Assembly: GCA_023249675.1 (NCBI GenBank)
Contig: JAHFCE010000006.1
Span: 72,325 to 136,324 of the forward strand
From: Elusimicrobiota bacterium
GTDB lineage: Bacteria; Elusimicrobiota; Elusimicrobia; UBA1565; UBA9628
Length of the DNA stretch: 64,000 nucleotides
Direction: 5' to 3'
Below the pieces are notes generated by a model, which was given only the letters and a program-made list of their open reading frames with translations, made no database searches and was not told the DNA's origin. The position numbers and the translations under genes are program-made. Of the stretch, positions 36,043 through 44,353 are shown one piece after another (the stretch's first letter is position 1; every line of letters starts with the position of its first letter).

Positions 36043-38181
36043 TTGACCTACTCCATCCTCCTGACCGTCGGCTTGTGCGCCGGGTCTTCTTCGGCTCAAG
36101 CGCCCGAGGAGGCTCCGGCTGCGGTGTCCACCGCTTTCGCCGTCTCACCCACACCCATACCGCCCAACCCACTCGCCGCCAAGGCCCGCAACCTCTACTT
36201 CATAAGCGACGCACTCAAGGCGGCGGAAGCGTTCGAAGCCTCAATCAAGGTTTCGTCCGGAGACTGGCGCGTGTGGGCGGATGGCTCCGTGGCCTGGGCC
36301 GAGGCTGGGCGCCCGGACAAAGCCGTGGCCTGGCAGCGCCGCGCCGCGGCGCTCAATGACCAAGCCGAAACCCGCGTAGCCCTGGGCTGGGCGCTGCTGC
36401 GCGCCGCCAAGCCCGAGGCCGCCGACGCAGAGTTCGCGCACGCTCTCATCGCGGATTCCCAATCCTCGTTCGCGCTGCTTGGCGCAGGACGCGCGAAACT
36501 AGCGCTCGGCAAGCCGCGCGAGGCCGTCGAGCTGATGAGCCAGGCGGCTCAGGGCGCGCCCGGACAGTCGCTCGCCGACTACTACCTCGGCATGGCGTAT
36601 GAGAAACTCGGCGATGAAAATGCGGCCGCCGAAGCCTACCGGCGTGCCGTCGGCGCGGACAGCTACTTCTACGAGGGGCGCGGGACGCTCGCGCGTAGCT
36701 ACCTCCGCCAGCGGCGCTACAATGAGGCTTGGAAGCACCTGCAGAAGCTCGTTGAGGCTGATCCCGGCTCACGGCTCGCACGCGCGATGCTCAAGAAGGT
36801 CCGCCCGCTTCTCACGCGCTCAGCCGCCGCGGCGCCGGCTCCGGGCGCAGACCCCTTGCCCGCGACCGGGCCCGCGTGCGCAACCGAACCTGAAAACGGG
36901 AATGTGCCGATGCTCCGCGTCGGCATCTCCTCCACGCCGATGGGCCGGCCACGCCCGCGCCGGTCGGCGACGGTGCGCGGCAACGGCGCGTGGAGGGCCC
37001 TCGATCCAAAAACCGGCCGTGTCCTCCTCACCGCCGCGGCTGGCGAATCCTGGACCCTGCGTCTGATCCCGGCGAAAAAGACGAAAAAGACAAGCCGCGC
37101 GCGTCTCGAATTCCATTCCTCGGAAGGAAAGGTCGCCACCGTGCCGGAAGACAGCGTGAGGATCAAGCCTGCCGAGCCTGCGACCTCCGCGCTCACGCTC
37201 GAGGACGATCCGGAACACGCGCCGCGCGCGTTCCGAGGCGACCTCGAGCTGGCGTTGTTCGGCGGCCGCCGCACGATCCGCGTCGTCAACATCATCGGCC
37301 TCGAGGACTACACGCACGGCGTGGTCTCCGCCGAGATGCCCCAGCGGGCGCCGCTGGAGGCGCTCAAAGCCCAGGCGGTCGTCGCCCGCACGCACGCGCT
37401 GTTCATCAAGACCGTGACGAAGCGCCACCGCAGGGAAGGCTACGATGTGTGCGACGAGGAGCACTGCCAGGTGTACGGCGGCCTCCACGCGGAGACCGAG
37501 CGCACGCGCTCCGTCGTCGCCGACACGCGCGGCCGTGTGGCCGTCTATGACGGCAAGCCCGCGCACGTGATCTATTCCTCGCACTGCGGCGGCCGCACGC
37601 AGAGCGGCGTCGACATTGGCTGGGGCGATGTCCCGTACTGGAAAAGCGTATCGGACTCGCCCGTGTATGAGGCTCCGCCGGCCTCGCCGCTCGATCTGCG
37701 CCGCCTCCTGTCGGACTGGCCTAAAGGCTTCGACCGCCCCTCGAGCTACGTCTACCCCGCGCACGCGCGTTGGACACGCGCGATCCCGGCAAAGGATCTA
37801 GAAGAGAAACTGAACCGGAGGTTCAAACTCGGCCAGCTCCGCGGCCTGCGCGTCCTGCGCCGCGCCGTGTCGGGCCACGTCGAGTCCCTGCTCATCATCG
37901 GCTCCAAAAAGAACAAGAAGCTCAACGATGAGATGGACATCCGCAGCCTGCTCGGCGTCGGAGCTTTGCGCAGCACGATGTTCATCGTGGACACCGAGTA
38001 CCGCAAGGCCGGCCCGCGAGCGCTCGTGCCCGAGACCTTCGTCTTCCGCGGCGGCGGCTGGGGCCACGCGGTCGGCCTGTGCCAGTCGGGTGCCATGGGC
38101 CGCGCCGAGGCCGGGCAGAACTACGAGACCATCGTGAAGGCCTACTTCTCGGGCGTCGAGATCGGCAAGCTTGGCTACTGA
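36043..38181 (+). CDS. TPR-repeat SpoIID/LytB-domain protein (putative lytic transglycosylase)
   Basis: Signal peptide, TPR helices (YYLGMAYEKLG), then VNIIGLEDYTHGVVSAEMP, EALKAQAVVART, CQVYGG, GGGWGHAVGLCQSGA. Confidence 0.9.
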   Translation: MTYSILLTVGLCAGSSSAQAPEEAPAAVSTAFAVSPTPIPPNPLAAKARNLYFISDALKAAEAFEASIKVSSGDWRVWADGSVAWAEAGRPDKAVAWQRRAAALNDQAETRVALGWALLRAAKPEAADAEFAHALIADSQSSFALLGAGRAKLALGKPREAVELMSQAAQGAPGQSLADYYLGMAYEKLGDENAAAEAYRRAVGADSYFYEGRGTLARSYLRQRRYNEAWKHLQKLVEADPGSRLARAMLKKVRPLLTRSAAAAPAPGADPLPATGPACATEPENGNVPMLRVGISSTPMGRPRPRRSATVRGNGAWRALDPKTGRVLLTAAAGESWTLRLIPAKKTKKTSRARLEFHSSEGKVATVPEDSVRIKPAEPATSALTLEDDPEHAPRAFRGDLELALFGGRRTIRVVNIIGLEDYTHGVVSAEMPQRAPLEALKAQAVVARTHALFIKTVTKRHRREGYDVCDEEHCQVYGGLHAETERTRSVVADTRGRVAVYDGKPAHVIYSSHCGGRTQSGVDIGWGDVPYWKSVSDSPVYEAPPASPLDLRRLLSDWPKGFDRPSSYVYPAHARWTRAIPAKDLEEKLNRRFKLGQLRGLRVLRRAVSGHVESLLIIGSKKNKKLNDEMDIRSLLGVGALRSTMFIVDTEYRKAGPRALVPETFVFRGGGWGHAVGLCQSGAMGRAEAGQNYETIVKAYFSGVEIGKLGY

Positions 38182-38230
38182 CCGGACCGCGTCTTGTTTC
38201 ATCGATAAAGATGGGCTATCCTCAGTGACC

Positions 38231-38881
38231 ATGCGACGCCTCCTTCTCGCTTCCGCTGTTTTGGCGCTCGCCGCGTGCCGTGGCACCGCGCCCGAGCGCG
38301 ACGCACCGCCCGAGCAGGCGATCTCCGCGATCCTGATCGGCTGCAGGACGATCCTGCCCTCCGGCGAGACGCGCAACGGCAGGATCGCGGTCAATTTCGA
38401 GAGCGACGGCGGCCGAGCGGCCGAGGTGTACCGCCTGCCGCTCGCCGGCGGGGAGAATTACCTCTACCTCATCGAACCCGGGACCTACCGCATCGCGCCG
38501 ACACGCTCAATCTTCGGCTTTTCCCAGCCCGTCCTGAGCATCGTCATCGAGGGCCGCGCGTATTCGTTGCCGTTCCCGCGCGACCTTCTGCGCCAGCACG
38601 CGTACGAGATCAAGCCCGGCAAGATCACATCCATGGGCTCCCTTGAGGCCCAGGTGATGCCGACCCTGCCCGGGCAGAAGCCGACGATCCGCGTGCGGCT
38701 CGATGACAGCACTCAAGCCCGACGCAGCGTCGTGCAAAGCACGATCCGGGACATGATGGACCCGCGCAAGCCGAGCAAGGTGCGTGAAAGCGCGATCGCG
38801 TGGAGCCGGGCGCTGCAGACGAGCCTCATGGACCTCCTCGCCGAAGAAGAGCAGCGCCAGCTCTACAAACCGGCGCAATAA
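38231..38881 (+). CDS. Hypothetical lipoprotein
   Basis: MRRLLLASAVLALAA-C lipobox; its stop overlaps the next ATG. Confidence 0.75.
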   Translation: MRRLLLASAVLALAACRGTAPERDAPPEQAISAILIGCRTILPSGETRNGRIAVNFESDGGRAAEVYRLPLAGGENYLYLIEPGTYRIAPTRSIFGFSQPVLSIVIEGRAYSLPFPRDLLRQHAYEIKPGKITSMGSLEAQVMPTLPGQKPTIRVRLDDSTQARRSVVQSTIRDMMDPRKPSKVRESAIAWSRALQTSLMDLLAEEEQRQLYKPAQ

Positions 38882-39657
38882 TGACCGCCCGCCTGGGTGT
38901 GGACTTGGGTGCCACCTGGCTGCGCGCCTGCTTATCGGATGGAACAAGAGCGCTTTGGACCGAGCGAACACGCGCGACCGCTTGGCGCGATGCACCCGCA
39001 GCACTTCGCGCGATACTGAAGAGACGCGGCCTGCGGCATATGGACGAACTCACGCTCGGCGGCACGCGCCTCGGCGGCGAGAAAGGACGCGCGGCGCTGA
39101 CGAAACTTCTGAAGCCACTCGCGACCCTTGTGGACGTCGTGCCTGATTTCGAGATCGCCCATCGCGCGGCCTTCGGCTCTGGGCCCGGCGTCTTGCTCGT
39201 GGCAAGCACGGGTTCGGTCGCGTTCGCTCGCGGCGCGGACGGGAAGTCCCGGCGAGCGGGGGGATATGGGCCTCTGCTGGGCGACGAGGGCTCCGGCTTC
39301 TGGCTTGGGAAGATGGCCGCGCTCGATGCACCACTCCGCCGCGAATTGCGCCTGCCCGGACCGCTCGCGCTCGCGCATGCGGATGATCCCGTGCGCGCCA
39401 CCGCAGCACTCGCGCCAAAAATCCTGCGCGCCCGATCCGCCCGCGCGCGCCGCCTACGCGAGGACGCCGCCGATTATCTCGCGGCACTCGCGGCCGAAGC
39501 GGCAAAAGAACTTGTCCTGCCGCGCCCGATTCCGCTCGCGCTGCATGGCGGCCTCTTCCAGGACGCGGGCTTGAAGAAAGCGGTGCTCCGCCGTCTAAGA
39601 GAAGTCGTCCTCGTCGCACCCCGCGTCAGCGCCGAACGCGCCGCAGCCGGTCTTTAG
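38881..39657 (+). CDS. BadF/BadG-family sugar kinase (GlcNAc/MurNAc kinase-like)
   Basis: LGVDLGAT, DFEIAH, ASTGSVA, RAGGYGPLLGDEGSGFWLG, HGGLF. Confidence 0.85.
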   Translation: MTARLGVDLGATWLRACLSDGTRALWTERTRATAWRDAPAALRAILKRRGLRHMDELTLGGTRLGGEKGRAALTKLLKPLATLVDVVPDFEIAHRAAFGSGPGVLLVASTGSVAFARGADGKSRRAGGYGPLLGDEGSGFWLGKMAALDAPLRRELRLPGPLALAHADDPVRATAALAPKILRARSARARRLREDAADYLAALAAEAAKELVLPRPIPLALHGGLFQDAGLKKAVLRRLREVVLVAPRVSAERAAAGL

Positions 39658-39675
39658 TTTTTATAGAATAGCGCC

Positions 39676-40143
39676 ATGATCATCGCCCTCGGCTGCGACC
39701 ACGCCGGATTTCCTCTCAAGAAACTCGCGCAGGCTTGGCTTGAAAAAATGGGCCACAAGGTCCTGAACCTCGGAGTGGACACCGATGCCGTCCCGGCCGA
39801 CTACCCCGATTACGCGCGCGCCGTCGCGGAGGCCGTCGCGTCGGGCAAGGCTGAGCGCGGCGTCGTCGTGTGCGGCTCCGGCGTGGGTGCGACGATCGCG
39901 GCGAACAAGGTTCCCGGCGTGCGCTCTTGCATGTGCCACGACACTTTCTCCGCGCGCCAGGGTGTGGAGGATGACGACATGAACGTGCTCTGCCTGGGCG
40001 GACGGATCATCGGCTCGGAACTCGCGCGCGAAGTTCTTAGTTCCTTCCTCAGCGCAAAATTTTCCAGGCTCGACCGTCATCAGCGCCGCAAGGATAAAGT
40101 CACCGCCATCGAACGGACCTATTCGAAGGAGGCCCTGAAGTGA
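39676..40143 (+). CDS. rpiB: Ribose-5-phosphate isomerase B
   Basis: IALGCDHAG, DYPD, CGSGVGATIAANKVPGVR, NVLCLGGR, RHQRR. Confidence 0.96.
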   Translation: MIIALGCDHAGFPLKKLAQAWLEKMGHKVLNLGVDTDAVPADYPDYARAVAEAVASGKAERGVVVCGSGVGATIAANKVPGVRSCMCHDTFSARQGVEDDDMNVLCLGGRIIGSELAREVLSSFLSAKFSRLDRHQRRKDKVTAIERTYSKEALK

Positions 40144-42944
40144 CCCATAATCGCCTGCGCGATCTGCACCGCTTCGGCGTCTCCGTCTGGTACGACTATG
40201 TCTCCCGCTCCTTGATCTCCTCCGGCGAACTCAAGCGCCTTATCGAGGAAGACGGCGTGCGCGGCGTCACCTCGAACCCGACCATCTTCGAAAAGGCGAT
40301 CGGCGGCTCCTCCGACTACGATGACGCCATCCGGGCCCACGCCAAGCCCGGCGCGACTCCGACCGAGCTGTTCGAAAGGCTCGCCGTGTCGGACATCCAA
40401 GCGGCCTGCGATCTGTTCCGCCCCCTGTATGAGCAGAGCAAGGCCGGCGACGGCTTCGTGTCCCTCGAAGTCTCGCCCGTCCTCGCGCGGGACTCGTCTG
40501 GAACGGCGGCCGAAGGTCTGCGTCTGTGGGCCGCCGTCGCGCGGCCGAACCTCATGATCAAAGTGCCCGGCACAACCGAGGGCCTCAAGGCGTTCGAGGA
40601 CTTAACCGCCGAAGGCGTCTCGGTCAACGTGACCTTGCTGTTCTCGCTCGAGCGCTACGCCGCCGTCGCCGAGGCCTACCTGAAAGGCCTCGAACGCCGC
40701 GCCGCCGCCGGCCAGGATCTTTCGCGGGTCGCGTCGGTCGCGAGCTTCTTCGTCAGCCGCGTGGACAGCGCCATCGACGCGATTCTTGAGAAACGCCTGG
40801 AACCGGAGGCAAAGACCTTGCTGGGTAAGGCCGCGATCGCAAACGCCAAGCTGGCCTATCAGCACGGCAAAAAAGTATTTTCATCCGCGCGCTTCGGCAA
40901 GCTCAAGAGCAAGGGCGCGCTTGCCCAACGCCTGCTGTGGGCCTCGACCGGCACGAAGAACCCTCGCTATCGCGATACCCTCTACGTCGAGGAGCTCATC
41001 GGGCCCGACACCGTGAACACCATGCCGCCCGCGACCGTGGATGCCTACCGCTCTCACGGCACCGGACGGCCGAGCATCGAAGAGAACGTCTCCGAGGCGC
41101 GCGCGCAATGGGATGCCCTGCCGCGCTTCGGCGTGGACCGCGACCAAATCATGGTCAAGCTCGAGGAAGAGGGTCTCGCGTCCTTCTCGAAGTCTTTTGA
41201 GACATTGATGGGGAAGCTCGCAACCAAGCGCGCCTTGCTGGAGGCCGAAAACGCCGCCATGGATGCGGGCTTAGCCGAGCTCGAAGCCGCGCGCTTCTCC
41301 GAACGCTTGTGGGCCAAAGACCCCTCGATCTGGAAGGACGCCCAGGAGCACCGAAAGCTGATCCGCCATGCGCTCGGCTGGCTTGACGCGCCGATCGCCT
41401 CGGGCGCAGCGCTCGGACCCGCGAGAGCTTTCGCCGAGGCCGCCGCCGCGGAGGGCTTCCGCGCGGCCGTCGTGCTCGGCATGGGAGGCAGCAGCCTGTG
41501 CGTCGAGGTTCTGCGCTCCGTGTTCGGCTCTGCTCCCGGCCGCCTCGAGCTGCTGACGCTCGATTCCACGCACCCCGACGCGGTTGAAGCACTCGCCAAG
41601 CGCCTTGACCTCGACAAAACTTTGTTCATCGTCGCGAGCAAGTCCGGCGCAACCCTCGAGCCGAACGCCTTCTTCGACTACTTCTGGCAGCTGTGCGCGC
41701 GCCGCCCCGGCGCTGCGCCCGGGCGGCAGTTCGTCGCGATCACCGACGCCGGCACGTCGCTCGACAAGATGTCGCGCGAACGGAGCTTCCGCAAGACGTT
41801 CCTGAACCCGTCCGACGTCGGCGGCCGCTTCTCGGCGCTGACTTTGTTCGGCCTCGTGCCCGCCGCGCTCGCCGGCATCGACGCCGGGGAGCTGCTCTCT
41901 CGCGCGCGCCAGGCCGCGGCGACGTTTTCACCGCGGACGCCGACGCGGGACAATCCCGCCCTGCGCCTGGGCGCCTTCATCGGCCGCCACGCGCGCGAGG
42001 GCCGCGACAAGCTCACGCTCATCCTGCCGCCGTCGCTTGAAACGTTCGGCCTGTGGATCGAGCAGCTCGTGGCGGAATCCACGGGCAAGGAGGGCCGCGG
42101 CATCCTGCCCGTGACGGGCGAACCTCTAGGCGCGCCGTCCGCGTACGCCCGCGACCGCGCATTCGTACGTCTGACGCTGAAGGGCCACCCGGAACCCGCC
42201 GTCGATGCGGCGCTGATGGCACTCGAGCAGGCGGGCCACCCCGTTTTACGGCTTGAGCTCGCCGATCCCCTCGATCTCGGCGCGCAGTTCCTGCTGTGGG
42301 AAGTCGCCGTCGCGGCCGCGGGCTTCCTGCTGAAGATAAATCCGTTTGATCAGCCCGACGTTCAAACGGCGAAAAACAAAACAAAAGAATTCTTAAACGG
42401 ATCCAAGGGCGCGCCGGAAAAGGCGGACTTCCGCGCCGGCGGCCTCTCCGCCTTTTGCGACGCGGGACTTGCCTCCGCGCTCAAGGCCGACGCCGGCCAG
42501 AACCGGCCGCTGCGCGAGGTGCTCGCCGCGCATCTGTCCCGAGTCAAGACCGGGGACTACGTCGCGGTGCTGGCGTTTATCGCCGAGACCGACAAAAGCC
42601 GCCGCTTGATCGAAGAAGTCCGCCAAGGCGTGCGCGCGCGCACCGCGGCACCGGTCACGGTCTCGTGGGGGCCGCGCTACCTCCACTCGACAGGCCAGTT
42701 TCATAAAGGCGGCCCCGACACGGGTGTATTTTTGGTGCTCGGCGAAGCCGAGCAGACCAAGCTGGCCGTACCCGGCAAGCCGTTCTCCTTCGGAGAGCTG
42801 TGCCGCGCCCAGGAAAAGGGGGACGCCGCCGCGATGCTGTCGGCGGGACGCCGCCTGCTGCACATTGAATTGAGCGGCGCGACGGACGAGGGCCTGCACG
42901 CGCTCTTAAACGCGCTCTCCGATACGACGGCGGCCGCGCGATGA
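40140..42944 (+). CDS. Bifunctional transaldolase / glucose-6-phosphate isomerase
   Basis: Tal: GVTSNPTIFEKA, MIKVPGT, NVTLLFS, VASFFVSRVD, WASTGTK; Pgi: LGMGGSSL, SKSG, VGGRFS, EQLVAESTGK, NPFDQPDV. Confidence 0.95.
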   Translation: MTHNRLRDLHRFGVSVWYDYVSRSLISSGELKRLIEEDGVRGVTSNPTIFEKAIGGSSDYDDAIRAHAKPGATPTELFERLAVSDIQAACDLFRPLYEQSKAGDGFVSLEVSPVLARDSSGTAAEGLRLWAAVARPNLMIKVPGTTEGLKAFEDLTAEGVSVNVTLLFSLERYAAVAEAYLKGLERRAAAGQDLSRVASVASFFVSRVDSAIDAILEKRLEPEAKTLLGKAAIANAKLAYQHGKKVFSSARFGKLKSKGALAQRLLWASTGTKNPRYRDTLYVEELIGPDTVNTMPPATVDAYRSHGTGRPSIEENVSEARAQWDALPRFGVDRDQIMVKLEEEGLASFSKSFETLMGKLATKRALLEAENAAMDAGLAELEAARFSERLWAKDPSIWKDAQEHRKLIRHALGWLDAPIASGAALGPARAFAEAAAAEGFRAAVVLGMGGSSLCVEVLRSVFGSAPGRLELLTLDSTHPDAVEALAKRLDLDKTLFIVASKSGATLEPNAFFDYFWQLCARRPGAAPGRQFVAITDAGTSLDKMSRERSFRKTFLNPSDVGGRFSALTLFGLVPAALAGIDAGELLSRARQAAATFSPRTPTRDNPALRLGAFIGRHAREGRDKLTLILPPSLETFGLWIEQLVAESTGKEGRGILPVTGEPLGAPSAYARDRAFVRLTLKGHPEPAVDAALMALEQAGHPVLRLELADPLDLGAQFLLWEVAVAAAGFLLKINPFDQPDVQTAKNKTKEFLNGSKGAPEKADFRAGGLSAFCDAGLASALKADAGQNRPLREVLAAHLSRVKTGDYVAVLAFIAETDKSRRLIEEVRQGVRARTAAPVTVSWGPRYLHSTGQFHKGGPDTGVFLVLGEAEQTKLAVPGKPFSFGELCRAQEKGDAAAMLSAGRRLLHIELSGATDEGLHALLNALSDTTAAAR

Positions 42945-43483
42945 TCTCGCCTCAGGCCCTCCGGGCTCGGACCGCGAAGGCCCGCCTCGTGCTGACCGAT
43001 ATCGACGGGGTCCTGACGGGGGGAACGATCTATCACTTCGTCGACACCTCGGGCGAACTCGTCGAGTTCAAGGGCATGCACGCCCAGGACTCGATCGCGA
43101 TGGCGTGGCTGGCCGAGTCCGGCCTGACCACCGGCGTGATCAGCGGACGCGTGTCCAAAGGCATGGAGGCGCGCTTGACAATGCTCAAGGTCAAGCACAT
43201 CTATCAGCATCGCCTCGATAAGGCCGCGGTGCTCGCCGAGATTATGGCCGCGGAAAAAATGACAAAAGATCAAATCGTCTACATCGGCGACGATATCCCC
43301 GACCTCGCCGCCATGTCCCGCGTCGGCCTGGCCGTCGCACCCGCCAACGCGCGGCCCGAGGTGAAGGCCGCCGCGCACTGGGTCACGAAGGCGAGCGGGG
43401 GCGACGGCGCGTTTCGCGAGCTCGTCGAGGTTATCCTGAAAAGCCAAGGACTCTGGGACGCCCTCATCGCGAAGTACCTTTAA
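42941..43483 (+). CDS. kdsC: KDO-8-phosphate phosphatase (HAD, KdsC/YrbI)
   Basis: DIDGVLT, ISGR, YIGDDIPD, GGDGAFRELVE. Confidence 0.88.
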   Translation: MISPQALRARTAKARLVLTDIDGVLTGGTIYHFVDTSGELVEFKGMHAQDSIAMAWLAESGLTTGVISGRVSKGMEARLTMLKVKHIYQHRLDKAAVLAEIMAAEKMTKDQIVYIGDDIPDLAAMSRVGLAVAPANARPEVKAAAHWVTKASGGDGAFRELVEVILKSQGLWDALIAKYL

Positions 43484-43530
43484 TCCGTTGACGCGGGCCC
43501 CGGACCCACGCTAGAATCGGAGCGGACACC

Positions 43531-44244
43531 ATGATCGATCTCTTCGGCCTCGGCAAGCAGCAGGACCCCCAAGAACCTCGAGCGCCTTCAGAGCCCCCGT
43601 CTCCGTCCGAACCCTCGGTGAGGACGCCGGCGCCGCACGGTTCGCACAAGCTCTGGGCCTTTCTGCTCGTGCTCGATTCCGTGTTCGTAATCATATTTGC
43701 CGGTGCTGTGACTGCGAAGGTGTACCAGCACTGGAAGGCTCCCGTGATCGCGCCCGCGCGGATCGCTCGCCGCCGACCCGCGAAGACCGCGCCCGCGGCT
43801 GTCCCCGTCGCGGCACCCGCAGCCGCCCCCGTTGCAACGTCCGCGCCCAGCCCGACTCCAGAACCATCGAAACCCGCTGCCATTGCGCCGCGCCCGCCCA
43901 AGCCCTCGATGCTCACGGAAGCGCCCAAACGCCGCGAAACGCCGAAACTCGCAGCACCTCCCGCAAAAGCGGACGACCGCGCCATAGGGCCTGGAAAGAT
44001 CAAGGCACTGCGCACCGAGTTCAGGGTCCATGCGCCTCAAGCGAAGGCCGTTGAGCTTGTCGGCGCGTTCATCGTTCGCGGCGGGCGCAAGGAGATGACC
44101 CGCCAAGACGACGGCGCGTGGACTGTCACGCTGTACCTCAATCCCGGCTCCTACCGCTATTTCTTCTTCGTGGACAAGAAAAAGCAGATGGACCCCGAAA
44201 ACCCGCACTCGGAAAAAGGCGCCTCCCTCCTGACCATACCCTAA
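43531..44244 (+). CDS. Bitopic membrane protein with Pro/Ala linker and C-terminal CBM48/E-set-like domain
   Basis: TM LWAFLLVLDSVFVIIFAGAV; APQAKAVELVGAF...GAWTVTLYLNPGSYRYFFFVD..DPENP. Confidence 0.75.
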   Translation: MIDLFGLGKQQDPQEPRAPSEPPSPSEPSVRTPAPHGSHKLWAFLLVLDSVFVIIFAGAVTAKVYQHWKAPVIAPARIARRRPAKTAPAAVPVAAPAAAPVATSAPSPTPEPSKPAAIAPRPPKPSMLTEAPKRRETPKLAAPPAKADDRAIGPGKIKALRTEFRVHAPQAKAVELVGAFIVRGGRKEMTRQDDGAWTVTLYLNPGSYRYFFFVDKKKQMDPENPHSEKGASLLTIP

Positions 44245-44264
44245 AAGAGGGTAAGCCTTCTGTA

Positions 44265-44293
44265 TTGATTTCGTAACAGGTCCTCGTTACACT
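44265..44293 (+). promoter_or_regulatory. Sigma70-type promoter of the giant Kelch gene
   Basis: TTGATT(44265-70)-17 bp-TACACT(44288-93). Confidence 0.55.
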
Positions 44294-44353
44294 CTTTTGA
44301 GCGCGGGCCCCAGTTCCATGCGGCTGAGCGCGACCTTGATGACCGGCCTCACG

